DNA of 62,431 bases, filler included, from Nitrospirae bacterium CG2_30_53_67 (GCA_001873285.1; 4 parts of 4 records of this genome joined end to end with filler, not necessarily neighbours in it), one strand, 5' to 3'. Shown: positions 1 through 9,007, counted from the first letter of the whole stretch. The notes: generated from the sequence alone by a model not told the origin. Made by a program: numbers and translations.

Positions 1-1
1 C

Positions 2-145
2 GGGATCATCACGTTTCTCCTCTCGACCCTGGGGGTTTTCATCGGCAATCGTTTCGGGCACCTATTCGAAAACAAGATAGAGGTTCTGGGCGGGCTGATC
101 CTGATCGCGATCGGGATCAAGATACTGGTTGGACATACCTTATAA
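2..145 (+). CDS. mntP: Manganese efflux pump MntP family, C-terminal fragment (5' partial)
   Basis: Manual translation GIITFLLSTLGVFIGNRFGHLFENKIEVLGGLILIAIGIKILVGHTL* has the MntP C-terminal pattern E-x2-GG-x-ILI-x-IG-x-KIL; not in the ORF track. Confidence 0.8.
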   Translation, partial: GIITFLLSTLGVFIGNRFGHLFENKIEVLGGLILIAIGIKILVGHTL

Positions 146-168
146 TATGACCCCTCTCGCTATGCAGA

Positions 169-537
169 TCACTCAGGACTCTGAAACACCTTGGAAATCG
201 TCTGCTTGATACTGGGGAGATTCAAGGGCTTGTCGAAAAACCCTAAAACCCCGAGTTCTTCAGCCCTTTGCCGAGCTTCCTGGGTCCCCCATGCGCTGAT
301 CATGAGAACCTTGGTATCCGGATATTGTTTTCTTATCTCTTCGAGCACATCGAGCCCGCTGATTCCGGGAAGACGGAGATCCAGGATCACGGCATGGGCC
401 GGGTCTTCGCGCATCCCTTCCAGGGCCTGCTCCCCGGAGTTGAAACAAATCACATCATATCCATCCTTGGTAAAGGTCTTGGAGAGGGTCCAGCAGATCA
501 GTTTCTCGTCATCCACGACCATAAGTTTTTTTTTCAA
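169..537 (-). CDS. Single-domain response regulator (receiver domain only)
   Basis: VVDDE, LDLRLPG, ISAWG and FDKP receiver motifs; ORF track start 630 overlaps the upstream gene, TTG at 537 with a GGGGGAAG RBS is more plausible. Confidence 0.85.
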   Translation of the reverse strand: MKKKLMVVDDEKLICWTLSKTFTKDGYDVICFNSGEQALEGMREDPAHAVILDLRLPGISGLDVLEEIRKQYPDTKVLMISAWGTQEARQRAEELGVLGFFDKPLNLPSIKQTISKVFQSPE

Positions 538-607
538 TGAATGGCTTCCCCCAAAATCATTTGAGAAACAATGACGATATCCATGCAAAGTCACGGACGC
601 CTGCCTG

Positions 608-1288
608 TTAAGAACCGGCAGGAACCTCAATGGATTCCAGTGTCTCCATCTCCATTCCCAGAAAAGCCTCTGTGAGCAGAGACATACCCGTCATAAAATC
701 ATTTTTTGTACGGGACCGGGCCATGGCGCACAACTCCGGGATCCACCGGATCATGTGATTCCGGATAAAGGCCTTCTCGAGGCAAAGGAGTTCCATGGCG
801 TTGTCAGTGTTATTTGCCTTCCACGCCTTTGTCTCTCTCTCACATAAAAAGTGCATGAAGGAGAACTCCAGACCGATAAAATCCGGAAGGTCTTTATAGT
901 CCTTATCCATTTCAGCGCCTGCCTTGTGATATTCGTCCTTCACACTGATCGTATACGGTCCCTGAAGGAGTCCAAGAACCTCTTGCCCGCCTTCTATGCT
1001 TCTTCCGCGATAGACATTCTCATAGGGGGTGAGATACCTTCCTGAAGGAACGATGAAGAGATGGGTATACTCCTGTTTGAGCGCATCAAAGTCCCATGCC
1101 CCGCCGGAGAGAAACCTCTGAAAAGGCGCCGTGACTTCCGGGCCGAAGATCTCTTCAAGGTTCCCGATAAAATCATCACTCAGGAACGTTTCAACCTGTT
1201 CTCTGGTAACGGCGCCGAGGTAGAACTCCGCCAGGAACCTGTAGAGTTCACACCTCGGGCCCGCCAGATCTTTGAGCGCTTCTCTCAT
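608..1288 (-). CDS. TorD/DmsD-family molybdoenzyme maturation chaperone
   Basis: EYTHLF, PYENVY, LPDFIGLEFSFM (PDH..LE-like) and FIRNHMIRW motifs; directly downstream of molybdoenzyme subunits. Confidence 0.9.
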   Translation of the reverse strand: MREALKDLAGPRCELYRFLAEFYLGAVTREQVETFLSDDFIGNLEEIFGPEVTAPFQRFLSGGAWDFDALKQEYTHLFIVPSGRYLTPYENVYRGRSIEGGQEVLGLLQGPYTISVKDEYHKAGAEMDKDYKDLPDFIGLEFSFMHFLCERETKAWKANNTDNAMELLCLEKAFIRNHMIRWIPELCAMARSRTKNDFMTGMSLLTEAFLGMEMETLESIEVPAGS

Positions 1289-1857
1289 TTGGCCGTGAAC
1301 TTTATACTGGGATTGGTATGGCCCGAGTTGTTGAACCCGGCCGGCGCATTCTGACCGGACTCGCTTGCACTGAACGAGTCAACCTTGGTCAAGGTCCTTC
1401 CCAGACAGGTACTCACGCAGGCAGGCGGGAGCCCTGCATCAATCCGATGGACACAGAAGGTGCACTTTTCCACCTTCTTGGTGGCGCTGTTGTACTGGGG
1501 CGCACCGTAGGGGCAGGCAAAGATGCAGTACTTGCACCCCACACACTTGTCCTGGTCAATGAGCACGATCCCGTCCGAGTCCCTCTTGGAGATCGCCCCC
1601 ACCGGACAGGATTTCAAACAGGCCGGATCCGCACAGTGGTTGCAGGACATGCTCACAAAATCCACGCTTACATCTGGATAGCTCCCCGACTCACGGGTGA
1701 AGACCCAGCGGTAGCTCACATGTTCGGGAATTCCGCCCTGGCTCACCGGCATGGGTGACTGCAGGGGCGCCGTCCGGTTTTCGGCCTTGCAGGCAATGGC
1801 GCAGCTCCCGCACCCCGTGCACTTTCCTAAATCTATGCTCCATCCAAGTTGAGACAT
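1285..1857 (-). CDS. Four-cluster [4Fe-4S] electron-transfer subunit (DmsB/TtrB/NrfC family)
   Basis: CTGCGSCAIAC, CNHCADPACLKSCP, CVGCKYCIFACP and CTFC...ACVSTC; no signal peptide of its own. Confidence 0.95.
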   Translation of the reverse strand: MSQLGWSIDLGKCTGCGSCAIACKAENRTAPLQSPMPVSQGGIPEHVSYRWVFTRESGSYPDVSVDFVSMSCNHCADPACLKSCPVGAISKRDSDGIVLIDQDKCVGCKYCIFACPYGAPQYNSATKKVEKCTFCVHRIDAGLPPACVSTCLGRTLTKVDSFSASESGQNAPAGFNNSGHTNPSIKFTAK

Positions 1858-1868
1858 TTTACACCTCC

Positions 1869-4800
1869 TTATGAAACCTTGGTTATTTTCACATACGTAT
1901 TAAAGTAGCAGACGCTCCCGCCGATCTTCTCCTGTAGGGGGACATTGGTGTAAACCTTGTCCAGCCGGGAGATCGGGTTGGTCTGTATCCCAGCGCCTCG
2001 CGTGGTATCGTGACCCAGGGCATCTGCCACGCCGTCCACGATGTGGGGTTTGGAGCCGAGCTGCCAGTGACCATAATGGTGCGAGACCCCGACCACACCA
2101 GGGCGGATCCGGTTCGTCACCCAGACCTTGCCGGTCACGCCGGCGCTGTTTGATGCCGAGGTCAGCCTGATCGTGTCCCCGGTCTCCACGCCGAGGGCCG
2201 CAGCATCAGAGGCGTTGATCCAGACGGCGTTCTCAGGCATGACCAGCATGAGCCACGGATTGACCGCAGTCCTGGCCTGTCCGTGGTTCACCAGCTTATA
2301 GGTATTGAGCAGGTAGGGGTAACTTCCCTTATCGTCGTGCACCGAGGTCCCGTCCGAATGCATCAGGTCCTCATAGTGCGGCACGCCGGAATAGTACGTG
2401 CCCGTCACCGAATCCGGAACTCTGACGATGGAATCCAGATAAAAGCGGATGGAGTTGGCATACTTGCTTGTGAGGTGGGCAGTCCCGCTCCCCAGGGGGC
2501 CGGCGCCGTACTCGGTATCCAGGGCCTTGAACACGCCTCCTTTGGCAATGATCTCATCCACGGTCAGGGTGGGATAATCACTGAGCGCGCTGTTCCGGAT
2601 GTTCCGGAGCATGGCATAGGCATAGTCCCAGACGTTGTTGAGATTGTCTCCATTGGTATAGGCGCTGTTCCCCACGGCCTTGATGAGCTTGCTCGCGCCG
2701 TCCACGGTGAAGCTCTTGCTCCCGTCATAGCCCAGGGCCTTGGCCAGCCCGATGTGGATATCCACCACGGCCTTGGTGTTGGGAAGGACCGGCGTATAAT
2801 CGTTGGCGCTTCCGGTCGGGATGGTGGCCCCGATCTCGGCGCCACCGATATCCTTGCCGTCGAACTTGCCCACCACGGGTCGTTGGAAGGACGTTCCCCC
2901 CTGCACCATCCAGGGGATGCCCGGCGTCGAAAACTTCTCCAGATAGGTGGAATCCGGGAGCACGTAGTCGGCCATGGCCGGCACTTCGCCCATGACCGGG
3001 CTGATGGAGACCAGCAACGGAAGCTTGTCGTAGTTGTCGGCCCCGCCGGAAAGGATAGTCCGCTCAAATGTAGCCTGAAGGCCGGGCGTGGAATAGGGCC
3101 AGGCGTTCCAGTAGGTAATCAGGACCTTCATACCGTAGGGGTACTGATCCTCAACGCTCGGAATCACCTCCTGATAGTTGCCATGGAGCCAGAAGGGCCC
3201 CCACATCCGGGTTGCCGGGTAGGTCCCGGTAAAAAGATCTGCCACATCCACGGCATCGTAGAACTTCCCCTTCCGGTCAATACCGATGCTGGAAGAGTAC
3301 GGAGAGTTGGTGACCGTCTCCACGGCCACAACCCCGGTTTTCTCGCCATAACTTGCGCCTCCCTTGGTGCATCCCCCGCGCCAGTCGTAATTGCCGATCA
3401 GGGAGTTCAGATGCTGGATGCAGACCTGGTTGAAAAGACCGTTGGTGTGCTTCACGGCCCCCCGGTAGGTGATGGCCACGGCCTTTTTCCCATGGCTCGT
3501 GAACTCCGTGGCCAGTTCAATGACGTCGGCCTCGGTCAGGCCGCAGATGCCCGCCCATTCGGCCAGGGTCTTGCTCATGGCCTGTGCCTTGAATAATGTG
3601 AAGGCGGACTTGACCGCAATCCCGTTGACCGTGGTATCCACTTCCAGGTCCCCCTCCACCACCGTGGAAGAATTTCCGGCAAACTCGTCCGTAGTTGCGG
3701 TGGAACCCGGGACGGTTGTGGCCGTGCCGCTCACCAGGACCACGTTCTCATGAGCGCCGCCGCCGAGGCCGGCCTCGCTTGCATTCAGATAGGTAGCGGG
3801 GCTCGAGCCGTACTTGACCAGGTAGGTCGCGTCGCTCCAGGTCCATTCATTGTCCGCATTGGCCGCGCCCTTGGTGGCATTTCCAAGATAGGTGGTGTCG
3901 TGAGCGCTGTTCTCGATGATCCATCTGGCCATGCCCAGGGCCAGGGCTGCGTCCTGCCCGGGCTTGATGGGATACCACTTGTCGGCCTGGGCCGCCGAGT
4001 TGGACATGCGGGGATCCACGACCACATATTTGGCCCCGCTGTTTCTTTTGGCCTCCACAAGTTTGCGGCCGTAGGGATTCATGGGGAAGCCGGCCTCAAA
4101 GGGATTGGTGCCGAAGAGAATAATGAATTCCGCTTCCCGAGTGTCCGGCTGCCAGCCTTCGGTCCTGCCCGATCCATACCTGTTCTTGCCTCCGCTCGAC
4201 TTGTACTGCCACGTGATGACCTCGTTTCCGACGTGCCGGGTCGCCTCGCAGATGCTCGTGTGGGTAAGGTCGTAGTTGACCGTGCCCCACCCCGACTTCC
4301 AGATCCTCGAGCTCAGGGTTTTTTCAGTGCTCCTGCCCGGGCAGAAGCCCAGCATGTTCGCGTTTTTCCCCTTCTTGGTGTTGCTGGGATCCATGTAGTC
4401 ATAGCGAGTGGCCGCCGGGATCAGGGCATCAATCTTGGCCGCAATCTCGGAGAAGGCCGTATCCCAGGAGATGGCCTCCCACTCCCCTGCTCCTCTCTCG
4501 GTCCCCGGTTTTCTCCGCAACGGCTGTTTAATCCGGTAGGGATCGTACACGGTCTGAATCCCGGACTGTCCCTTGAGGCAAAGCCGTCCGGGTGTCACGT
4601 CCGCGGTTGAGGTGGCGGTGGTGTAGTCAAGCCTTTCATCGGGTTCCAGGTTGTTCGGATGATAGGGATTGCCGTCGATCTTGAGCAGGACCCCGTCCTT
4701 GACCCGTGCCTGGATGCCGCATCGGGAATGGCACATCTGACAGACGCTCCGAATCACATAGACGCCGGAATCGTATTCCGTGGCATTCGGGTCATTCTGT

Positions 4801-4949
4801 CCGTAGGTCGCGGCCAGGGCTTCATTTTGTTTGAAGAGGCTCGATCCAACCGCGGCGCCTGCGGCCAGTGCGGCGCCGGCCTTGATAAATTTTCTTCGTT
4901 CAATGGATGGATTGAGCCATCCTTTGAGTTGATCGGTCTTGCTCGCCAT
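1869..4949 (-). CDS. Mo/W-bisPGD oxidoreductase catalytic subunit, TtrA/SrdA-like, TAT-exported
   Basis: TAT motif ERRKFIK with ALA-A cleavage site; FS0 motif CQMCHSRC...RLCLKG; KIDGNPYHP; putative Cys Mo ligand in HTSICE; ADYVLPDSTYLE; C-terminal VSHHYGHW; 1026 aa. Confidence 0.9.
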   Translation of the reverse strand: MASKTDQLKGWLNPSIERRKFIKAGAALAAGAAVGSSLFKQNEALAATYGQNDPNATEYDSGVYVIRSVCQMCHSRCGIQARVKDGVLLKIDGNPYHPNNLEPDERLDYTTATSTADVTPGRLCLKGQSGIQTVYDPYRIKQPLRRKPGTERGAGEWEAISWDTAFSEIAAKIDALIPAATRYDYMDPSNTKKGKNANMLGFCPGRSTEKTLSSRIWKSGWGTVNYDLTHTSICEATRHVGNEVITWQYKSSGGKNRYGSGRTEGWQPDTREAEFIILFGTNPFEAGFPMNPYGRKLVEAKRNSGAKYVVVDPRMSNSAAQADKWYPIKPGQDAALALGMARWIIENSAHDTTYLGNATKGAANADNEWTWSDATYLVKYGSSPATYLNASEAGLGGGAHENVVLVSGTATTVPGSTATTDEFAGNSSTVVEGDLEVDTTVNGIAVKSAFTLFKAQAMSKTLAEWAGICGLTEADVIELATEFTSHGKKAVAITYRGAVKHTNGLFNQVCIQHLNSLIGNYDWRGGCTKGGASYGEKTGVVAVETVTNSPYSSSIGIDRKGKFYDAVDVADLFTGTYPATRMWGPFWLHGNYQEVIPSVEDQYPYGMKVLITYWNAWPYSTPGLQATFERTILSGGADNYDKLPLLVSISPVMGEVPAMADYVLPDSTYLEKFSTPGIPWMVQGGTSFQRPVVGKFDGKDIGGAEIGATIPTGSANDYTPVLPNTKAVVDIHIGLAKALGYDGSKSFTVDGASKLIKAVGNSAYTNGDNLNNVWDYAYAMLRNIRNSALSDYPTLTVDEIIAKGGVFKALDTEYGAGPLGSGTAHLTSKYANSIRFYLDSIVRVPDSVTGTYYSGVPHYEDLMHSDGTSVHDDKGSYPYLLNTYKLVNHGQARTAVNPWLMLVMPENAVWINASDAAALGVETGDTIRLTSASNSAGVTGKVWVTNRIRPGVVGVSHHYGHWQLGSKPHIVDGVADALGHDTTRGAGIQTNPISRLDKVYTNVPLQEKIGGSVCYFNTYVKITKVS

Positions 4950-4989
4950 AGGATTCTCCTTTCATTACGATAGCTGTAGGATTAAATTT

Positions 4990-5481
4990 TTATTGTGCGT
5001 AAAATTCAATGTCCGTGCCCGAACCATGGCATAACAGGCATTTGGATGTGCTGTACTTCTGGCGAAGCTGACCATTACCCCCGCTGCTCTGATATCCGGC
5101 CTGTATGGACGTCTCCAGAACAATATGTTCGTGGCACCAGACACACTTGGCATTCGTGGTGCTGCCCGAGGCCCAGGGCATCATGGCCGCATGCGCGTCG
5201 GCCCGTCCGTCCGTGGCGGTTCCCGAAGACTTGTTCCCGTGGCAGCTCACGCAGTCGCTGTTGTAGGAAGCGCTGCCGCTGTCGTGCACCGCAACCAGAT
5301 TGGTGGAGAGGGCATCGGCAAGATTCTGATCAATAGCCGCCTGGTCAGATGGGCTGACCGCACTCCCCGTGGCCGGGGCGCTGCCGCCTCCTCCGCCGCC
5401 CCCGGAACACCCTGCAAGGGCCAGCATGACAGTAACACTCGTGCAAAACATGAATCGTGAAACCTGTTTCTTCACTTGCAT
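4990..5481 (-). CDS. Triheme c-type cytochrome lipoprotein
   Basis: Lipobox LAG-C followed by a Gly/Ser/Ala linker; three CxxCH motifs (CVSCH, CVWCH, CLLCH). Confidence 0.85.
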   Translation of the reverse strand: MQVKKQVSRFMFCTSVTVMLALAGCSGGGGGGGSAPATGSAVSPSDQAAIDQNLADALSTNLVAVHDSGSASYNSDCVSCHGNKSSGTATDGRADAHAAMMPWASGSTTNAKCVWCHEHIVLETSIQAGYQSSGGNGQLRQKYSTSKCLLCHGSGTDIEFYAQ

Positions 5482-5506
5482 AATCGGCTCCTTTCTGCTT
5501 AAAAAG

Positions 5507-7618
5507 CTAAAACTTTAATTTATAAGTCAGGCTGACCGTCTCATTGCGTCCGCCCTGGCCGGATTCAATATCGTCATCATAGTCCTCATGCAGGTATCCC
5601 AGTGTCACATCCGAGCGGTCCGAAACGATCAGATTGAGCCCCAGGTTCACATTCTGATACTGGTTGTCGATCTTGGTCAAGGCGCCCAGATCGGTGGTTC
5701 CTGACTGGATTCTGCTCCGTGAATTTGAAAGTAGAAAGGAAATTAGAAGGTTGGCCTTGGGATTCAACTGATAGCTTGCGCCGAGGGTATAGGTATCACT
5801 GTAACTCTGAAATCCGAGGGCATCCTCCTGCATCACAAAGGTATTCAATGCCGACCAGCGGGTCTTGTCTGAAAGAAGCCAGTTGGCATCTTGAAGGAGC
5901 GCATCCCGCATATAAGCGGCAAAAAGATTCAGGTCATCTCTGACCTGCCACCACCCGTCAAGACTGATGCTGCGGTGACGCGACTCCCAGTCCTGGTCCA
6001 CGGAGTTGGACGCGTTCTTGTCGAGATTCGTGCCGGCGGTGCCGAACCAGGTGAAGTTGTCATTCTTCTGCTTCCCTTCGGTGTAGGAAGCGGAGACAGC
6101 GGCCCGGCCTTTGAGCAGGGAGTAGTCGGCCATGATCCGGCCGTTCCAGGACTTGTCCGGCTCCAGGATCAGGGCCGTATCACCCGCATCTTCATAGGAT
6201 GCAGAAGCCGTGATCAGAAGATCGGAGTAGAGACGGCTGTAGAGGCTCGCCGAATAGATCCATCGGTCCGAATCAATACTGTACGGGCTGGAAAAAGATG
6301 CGATGGCTGCACTGCCGGTCGGTCTCTGAAACTCCCGATCCGTCTGGTCCCTGCGGCCTGAAAGGCGGACCACCGTGTTGTAACGGTCCATACGGTAGGT
6401 CGCGTCGCCGCCGTATTTCCTGCTGGTGATCTCGGCCACGTGCGGGTCGCTGACATTGGAGTCCAGGTCCTTGTATCCGGAAGTCCCCGCCTGCGAGCTG
6501 TTCTCCCGCTGGTTGTAATGGTAAAATCCTGTAAGATCCGTATTCCGTATCCCGGTATAGGTGGCGGATGCAAGGAGTGTGGTCAACTTGATCTCCCCGT
6601 TGTAACCGGCGGCGTCTTGCAGGGCATTGTAGGATTCCTGGTCCAGGTCCGCATAACGGATGCCGAACCGGTAGGAAAGCGAGTCATTCAGGCGGTCCAC
6701 AAGATCCAGAGAGTAGGCATCCTTCTCCGATTCGGGGACAAAATCAATGGACTTGGCCGATGACACCATATTGGAATCGAGGGCCGCCGCATCGGCTAAG
6801 GTGTAGAGGTCATCGGTCTGGAAATTTTCCCTCTGGGCATTGAGAAAAACCCTGAGGTCGTCTTCCCTGACCGGGCCGATATTGAGCTCGGTCCCGATAT
6901 TCACAACCCGGCTGTCAAAGGGTTCGGCGCGGCCCCGCCATCGGGAAGAGATACCGGACGCCGAAACATCGCTCCCATCCAGAATATAGGTCAGGAACTT
7001 CCGGCCCCGCTTGTCCTCGTTGTTGACCCAGACATTCACGGAATTGAGAAGACCCCCCTCGGTCCCTCCCCAGACACTGGAATTCAGCATCATGGAAAGA
7101 TCGGTCTTGCTCCGCTCCACAAAAAACTCGGATGTGGAAGCGTCATTGTTGAACTGAGCCGTGTAGTTGCTCCCCGCAAGACCTGTGGTGATCGGGGCAT
7201 ACTCATCCATGTTCTTTCGGTAGCGCATGTAATCGAGATCAATCTTTACCCCTTCCGCCGGATCCACGGCCAGGAGCATCCGGTCATTTTTGAGCCAGGG
7301 GGCAAAGCGCTGGAGATGGAAGGAAGGATATTCGGCTCCGTTTTTCCGGATCATGAGATCAAGGTTCGGGACATTGAGCCGGTTGTATTTTTCTTCTTCG
7401 GGATAATACTGGTAACGGCTCAGGAAACCGGACGTGCTCGTATCCCCGTTCCGGTCATAGTACTGATCGTCCACCGTGACACTCCCCTGAGCTTCGTACT
7501 TACCGATGTCCGCTGCATAAACAGGGATAGAGAAGAGTCTCATGACAAAAAGCAGGACCAAGGCCCTCCGGGTTCCACTCATCAAGCGATTCATCCATTG
7601 ATTCCATTCCTTGTTCAT
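5507..7618 (-). CDS. Outer-membrane beta-barrel, MtrB/PioB/DmsF-like
   Basis: Sec signal (VYA-A); 703 aa; alternating beta-strand pattern rich in Tyr/Asp/Ser; C-terminal LTYKLKF beta-signal; directly downstream of a decaheme cytochrome. Confidence 0.85.
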   Translation of the reverse strand: MNKEWNQWMNRLMSGTRRALVLLFVMRLFSIPVYAADIGKYEAQGSVTVDDQYYDRNGDTSTSGFLSRYQYYPEEEKYNRLNVPNLDLMIRKNGAEYPSFHLQRFAPWLKNDRMLLAVDPAEGVKIDLDYMRYRKNMDEYAPITTGLAGSNYTAQFNNDASTSEFFVERSKTDLSMMLNSSVWGGTEGGLLNSVNVWVNNEDKRGRKFLTYILDGSDVSASGISSRWRGRAEPFDSRVVNIGTELNIGPVREDDLRVFLNAQRENFQTDDLYTLADAAALDSNMVSSAKSIDFVPESEKDAYSLDLVDRLNDSLSYRFGIRYADLDQESYNALQDAAGYNGEIKLTTLLASATYTGIRNTDLTGFYHYNQRENSSQAGTSGYKDLDSNVSDPHVAEITSRKYGGDATYRMDRYNTVVRLSGRRDQTDREFQRPTGSAAIASFSSPYSIDSDRWIYSASLYSRLYSDLLITASASYEDAGDTALILEPDKSWNGRIMADYSLLKGRAAVSASYTEGKQKNDNFTWFGTAGTNLDKNASNSVDQDWESRHRSISLDGWWQVRDDLNLFAAYMRDALLQDANWLLSDKTRWSALNTFVMQEDALGFQSYSDTYTLGASYQLNPKANLLISFLLSNSRSRIQSGTTDLGALTKIDNQYQNVNLGLNLIVSDRSDVTLGYLHEDYDDDIESGQGGRNETVSLTYKLKF

Positions 7619-7660
7619 CTATGAACCCCCTTTCTTGAAATCGAGAGTATATTTAATAAA

Positions 7661-7800
7661 GGTTCTTCTCCCATTTAGTGGGTAAAAAGGGTTACGCGAA
7701 TAGGACCCTCGGCCCCTTATGTTTTGAGCACTTCACTTGACCCCTGGAATCCTTGACCCCTTGACCCCTGATGTTTTCACCCACTCTTTTGAGATGATCC
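7661..7800. mobile_element. MITE-like dispersed repeat
   Basis: Imperfect terminal inverted repeats GGTTCTTCTCCCATTTAGTGGGTAAAA and TTTTCACCCACTCTTTTGAGATGATCC; internal TTGACCCC octamers; about 75 bp closely match 57441-57515 in reverse orientation. Confidence 0.65.
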
Positions 7801-7804
7801 ATAA

Positions 7805-8692
7805 TTAATACCTCAGATGCCGGTCCTGATGCGTCCCGTGCTGGGCGCCGTGGCACCCCGTGCATTTCCTGTAGATGGATGCCGCAGGCGTGGCCGCGCC
7901 CGTAGCCGAAGTCCCGTGCTTGGCGGCGGCGAGACTGTGGCAGCGTATACAGGCAAAAGGTTCCGCCACTTTCAAAAGACCCGGATTCACGGTCCCGTGC
8001 GGATTGTGGCAGATGGTGCAGTCCTCGGTGACCGGCGCATGTTCATAGGTCCATGGGCCCTGCTGTTCCTGGTGACAGCCTCCGCACCGTTCGCTCATCC
8101 CGACCAAGGCCAAGGCCTTATCTTCATGGGGATTGTGGCAGTCGGTGCAGGCCATGACCCCTTCCCTCATGGGATGATGATAAGGCATGTTCATCTGGGC
8201 CTTCTTTTCCGTATGGCAGGTCACGCATTTTTCGGTGATGCGGGAATTCCGGAGCCGGTCGCTCTTGACCAGCGCCGGGTCGTCTCCGTGCGGTGCATGG
8301 CAGTCAAAACAGGCGAGCCCCGCCTTCTTATGGCTGCTCGTGTGCCATCCGGTCAGCTTGCTGTTTTGTTTCTGATGGCAGGAGAGGCAGATCTCCGGCG
8401 ACGGGAAGGAGATGGTCTCCCTTCCGGGATTTTCCACATGCCTGCTCCCGAGTCCGTGGCAGCCTTCACAATTCTGATGGGAGGCAAGCGTCTTCATCTT
8501 CTCATGGCACGAAGCGCACTGTTCCGCACCCACGGCCGAGGCCCCCTCCACCTGGTTCCACACGGTCCTCGCCATGGGTTTGTCCGCGGACATGGCCGGC
8601 CTTTCAAGCGTGAATTGAACGGCCAGCACAAAAAACAGGATCAATAAAATATCCAGAAGGAGAATAAAGACATACCCGCTGCTTTTTTTCAT
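7805..8692 (-). CDS. Decaheme c-type cytochrome, DmsE/MtrA/PioA family
   Basis: Ten CxxCH motifs (CASCH, CEGCH, CLSCH, CFDCH, CVTCH, CTDCH, CGGCH, CTICH, CIRCH, CTGCH); family-typical HHPMREG and GPWTYEHAPVTEDC; N-terminal hydrophobic segment. Confidence 0.92.
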   Translation of the reverse strand: MKKSSGYVFILLLDILLILFFVLAVQFTLERPAMSADKPMARTVWNQVEGASAVGAEQCASCHEKMKTLASHQNCEGCHGLGSRHVENPGRETISFPSPEICLSCHQKQNSKLTGWHTSSHKKAGLACFDCHAPHGDDPALVKSDRLRNSRITEKCVTCHTEKKAQMNMPYHHPMREGVMACTDCHNPHEDKALALVGMSERCGGCHQEQQGPWTYEHAPVTEDCTICHNPHGTVNPGLLKVAEPFACIRCHSLAAAKHGTSATGAATPAASIYRKCTGCHGAQHGTHQDRHLRY

Positions 8693-8894
8693 TTCGCCCC
8701 CCTTATCTTGAATGACTGAACATGGATCGCATACCGGGAAATGTTTTGAAACTTTTGAAAATCTTTTTATTTACAGTTTATATGGACCGACTTTTAAGAT
8801 GAAACAGATCGGAAAATTACCTGATGAATTGCTTTGTGATCCGCTTCTCAGGTTCAGACCGCGAACAAAACGCAATAACATCATCGTTGGACAG

Positions 8895-8911
8895 TGCAGA
8901 TTTCATGCCAA
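8895..8911 (-). promoter_or_regulatory. Sigma54 (-24/-12) promoter of the cytochrome-porin-molybdoenzyme operon
   Basis: Minus strand TTGGCATGAAATCTGCA = GG-N10-GC, close to TGGCACG-N4-TTGCW; adjacent sigma54 activator gene. Confidence 0.8.
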
Positions 8912-8950
8912 AACAGCCTGCTCTGATTTTTTAGGAAAACTTTAGAAAGG

Positions 8951-8963
8951 AATCAACAACTTG
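8951..8963 (+). promoter_or_regulatory. IHF binding site
   Basis: AATCAACAACTTG matches WATCAANNNNTTR exactly and lies between the sigma54 promoter and the candidate enhancers. Confidence 0.65.
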
Positions 8964-9007
8964 AGAGAAGAAGACTTATAGCGCACTGACGATATGACAT
9001 TGAAAAA

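Noticed and set aside
2283..3596. Long antisense ORFs such as 2283-3596, 15305-16477, 17022-18050, 29264-30268 and 42481-43554
   Set aside because: Shadows of GC-rich genes on the opposite strand with no motifs
1869..4949. Calling the molybdoenzyme DmsA, ArrA, AioA or IdrA
   Set aside because: No Rieske subunit or peroxidases (AioAB/IdrABP); the Cys-containing HTSICE motif and length fit the TtrA/SrdA clade better; substrate cannot be fixed from sequence, so no symbol is given
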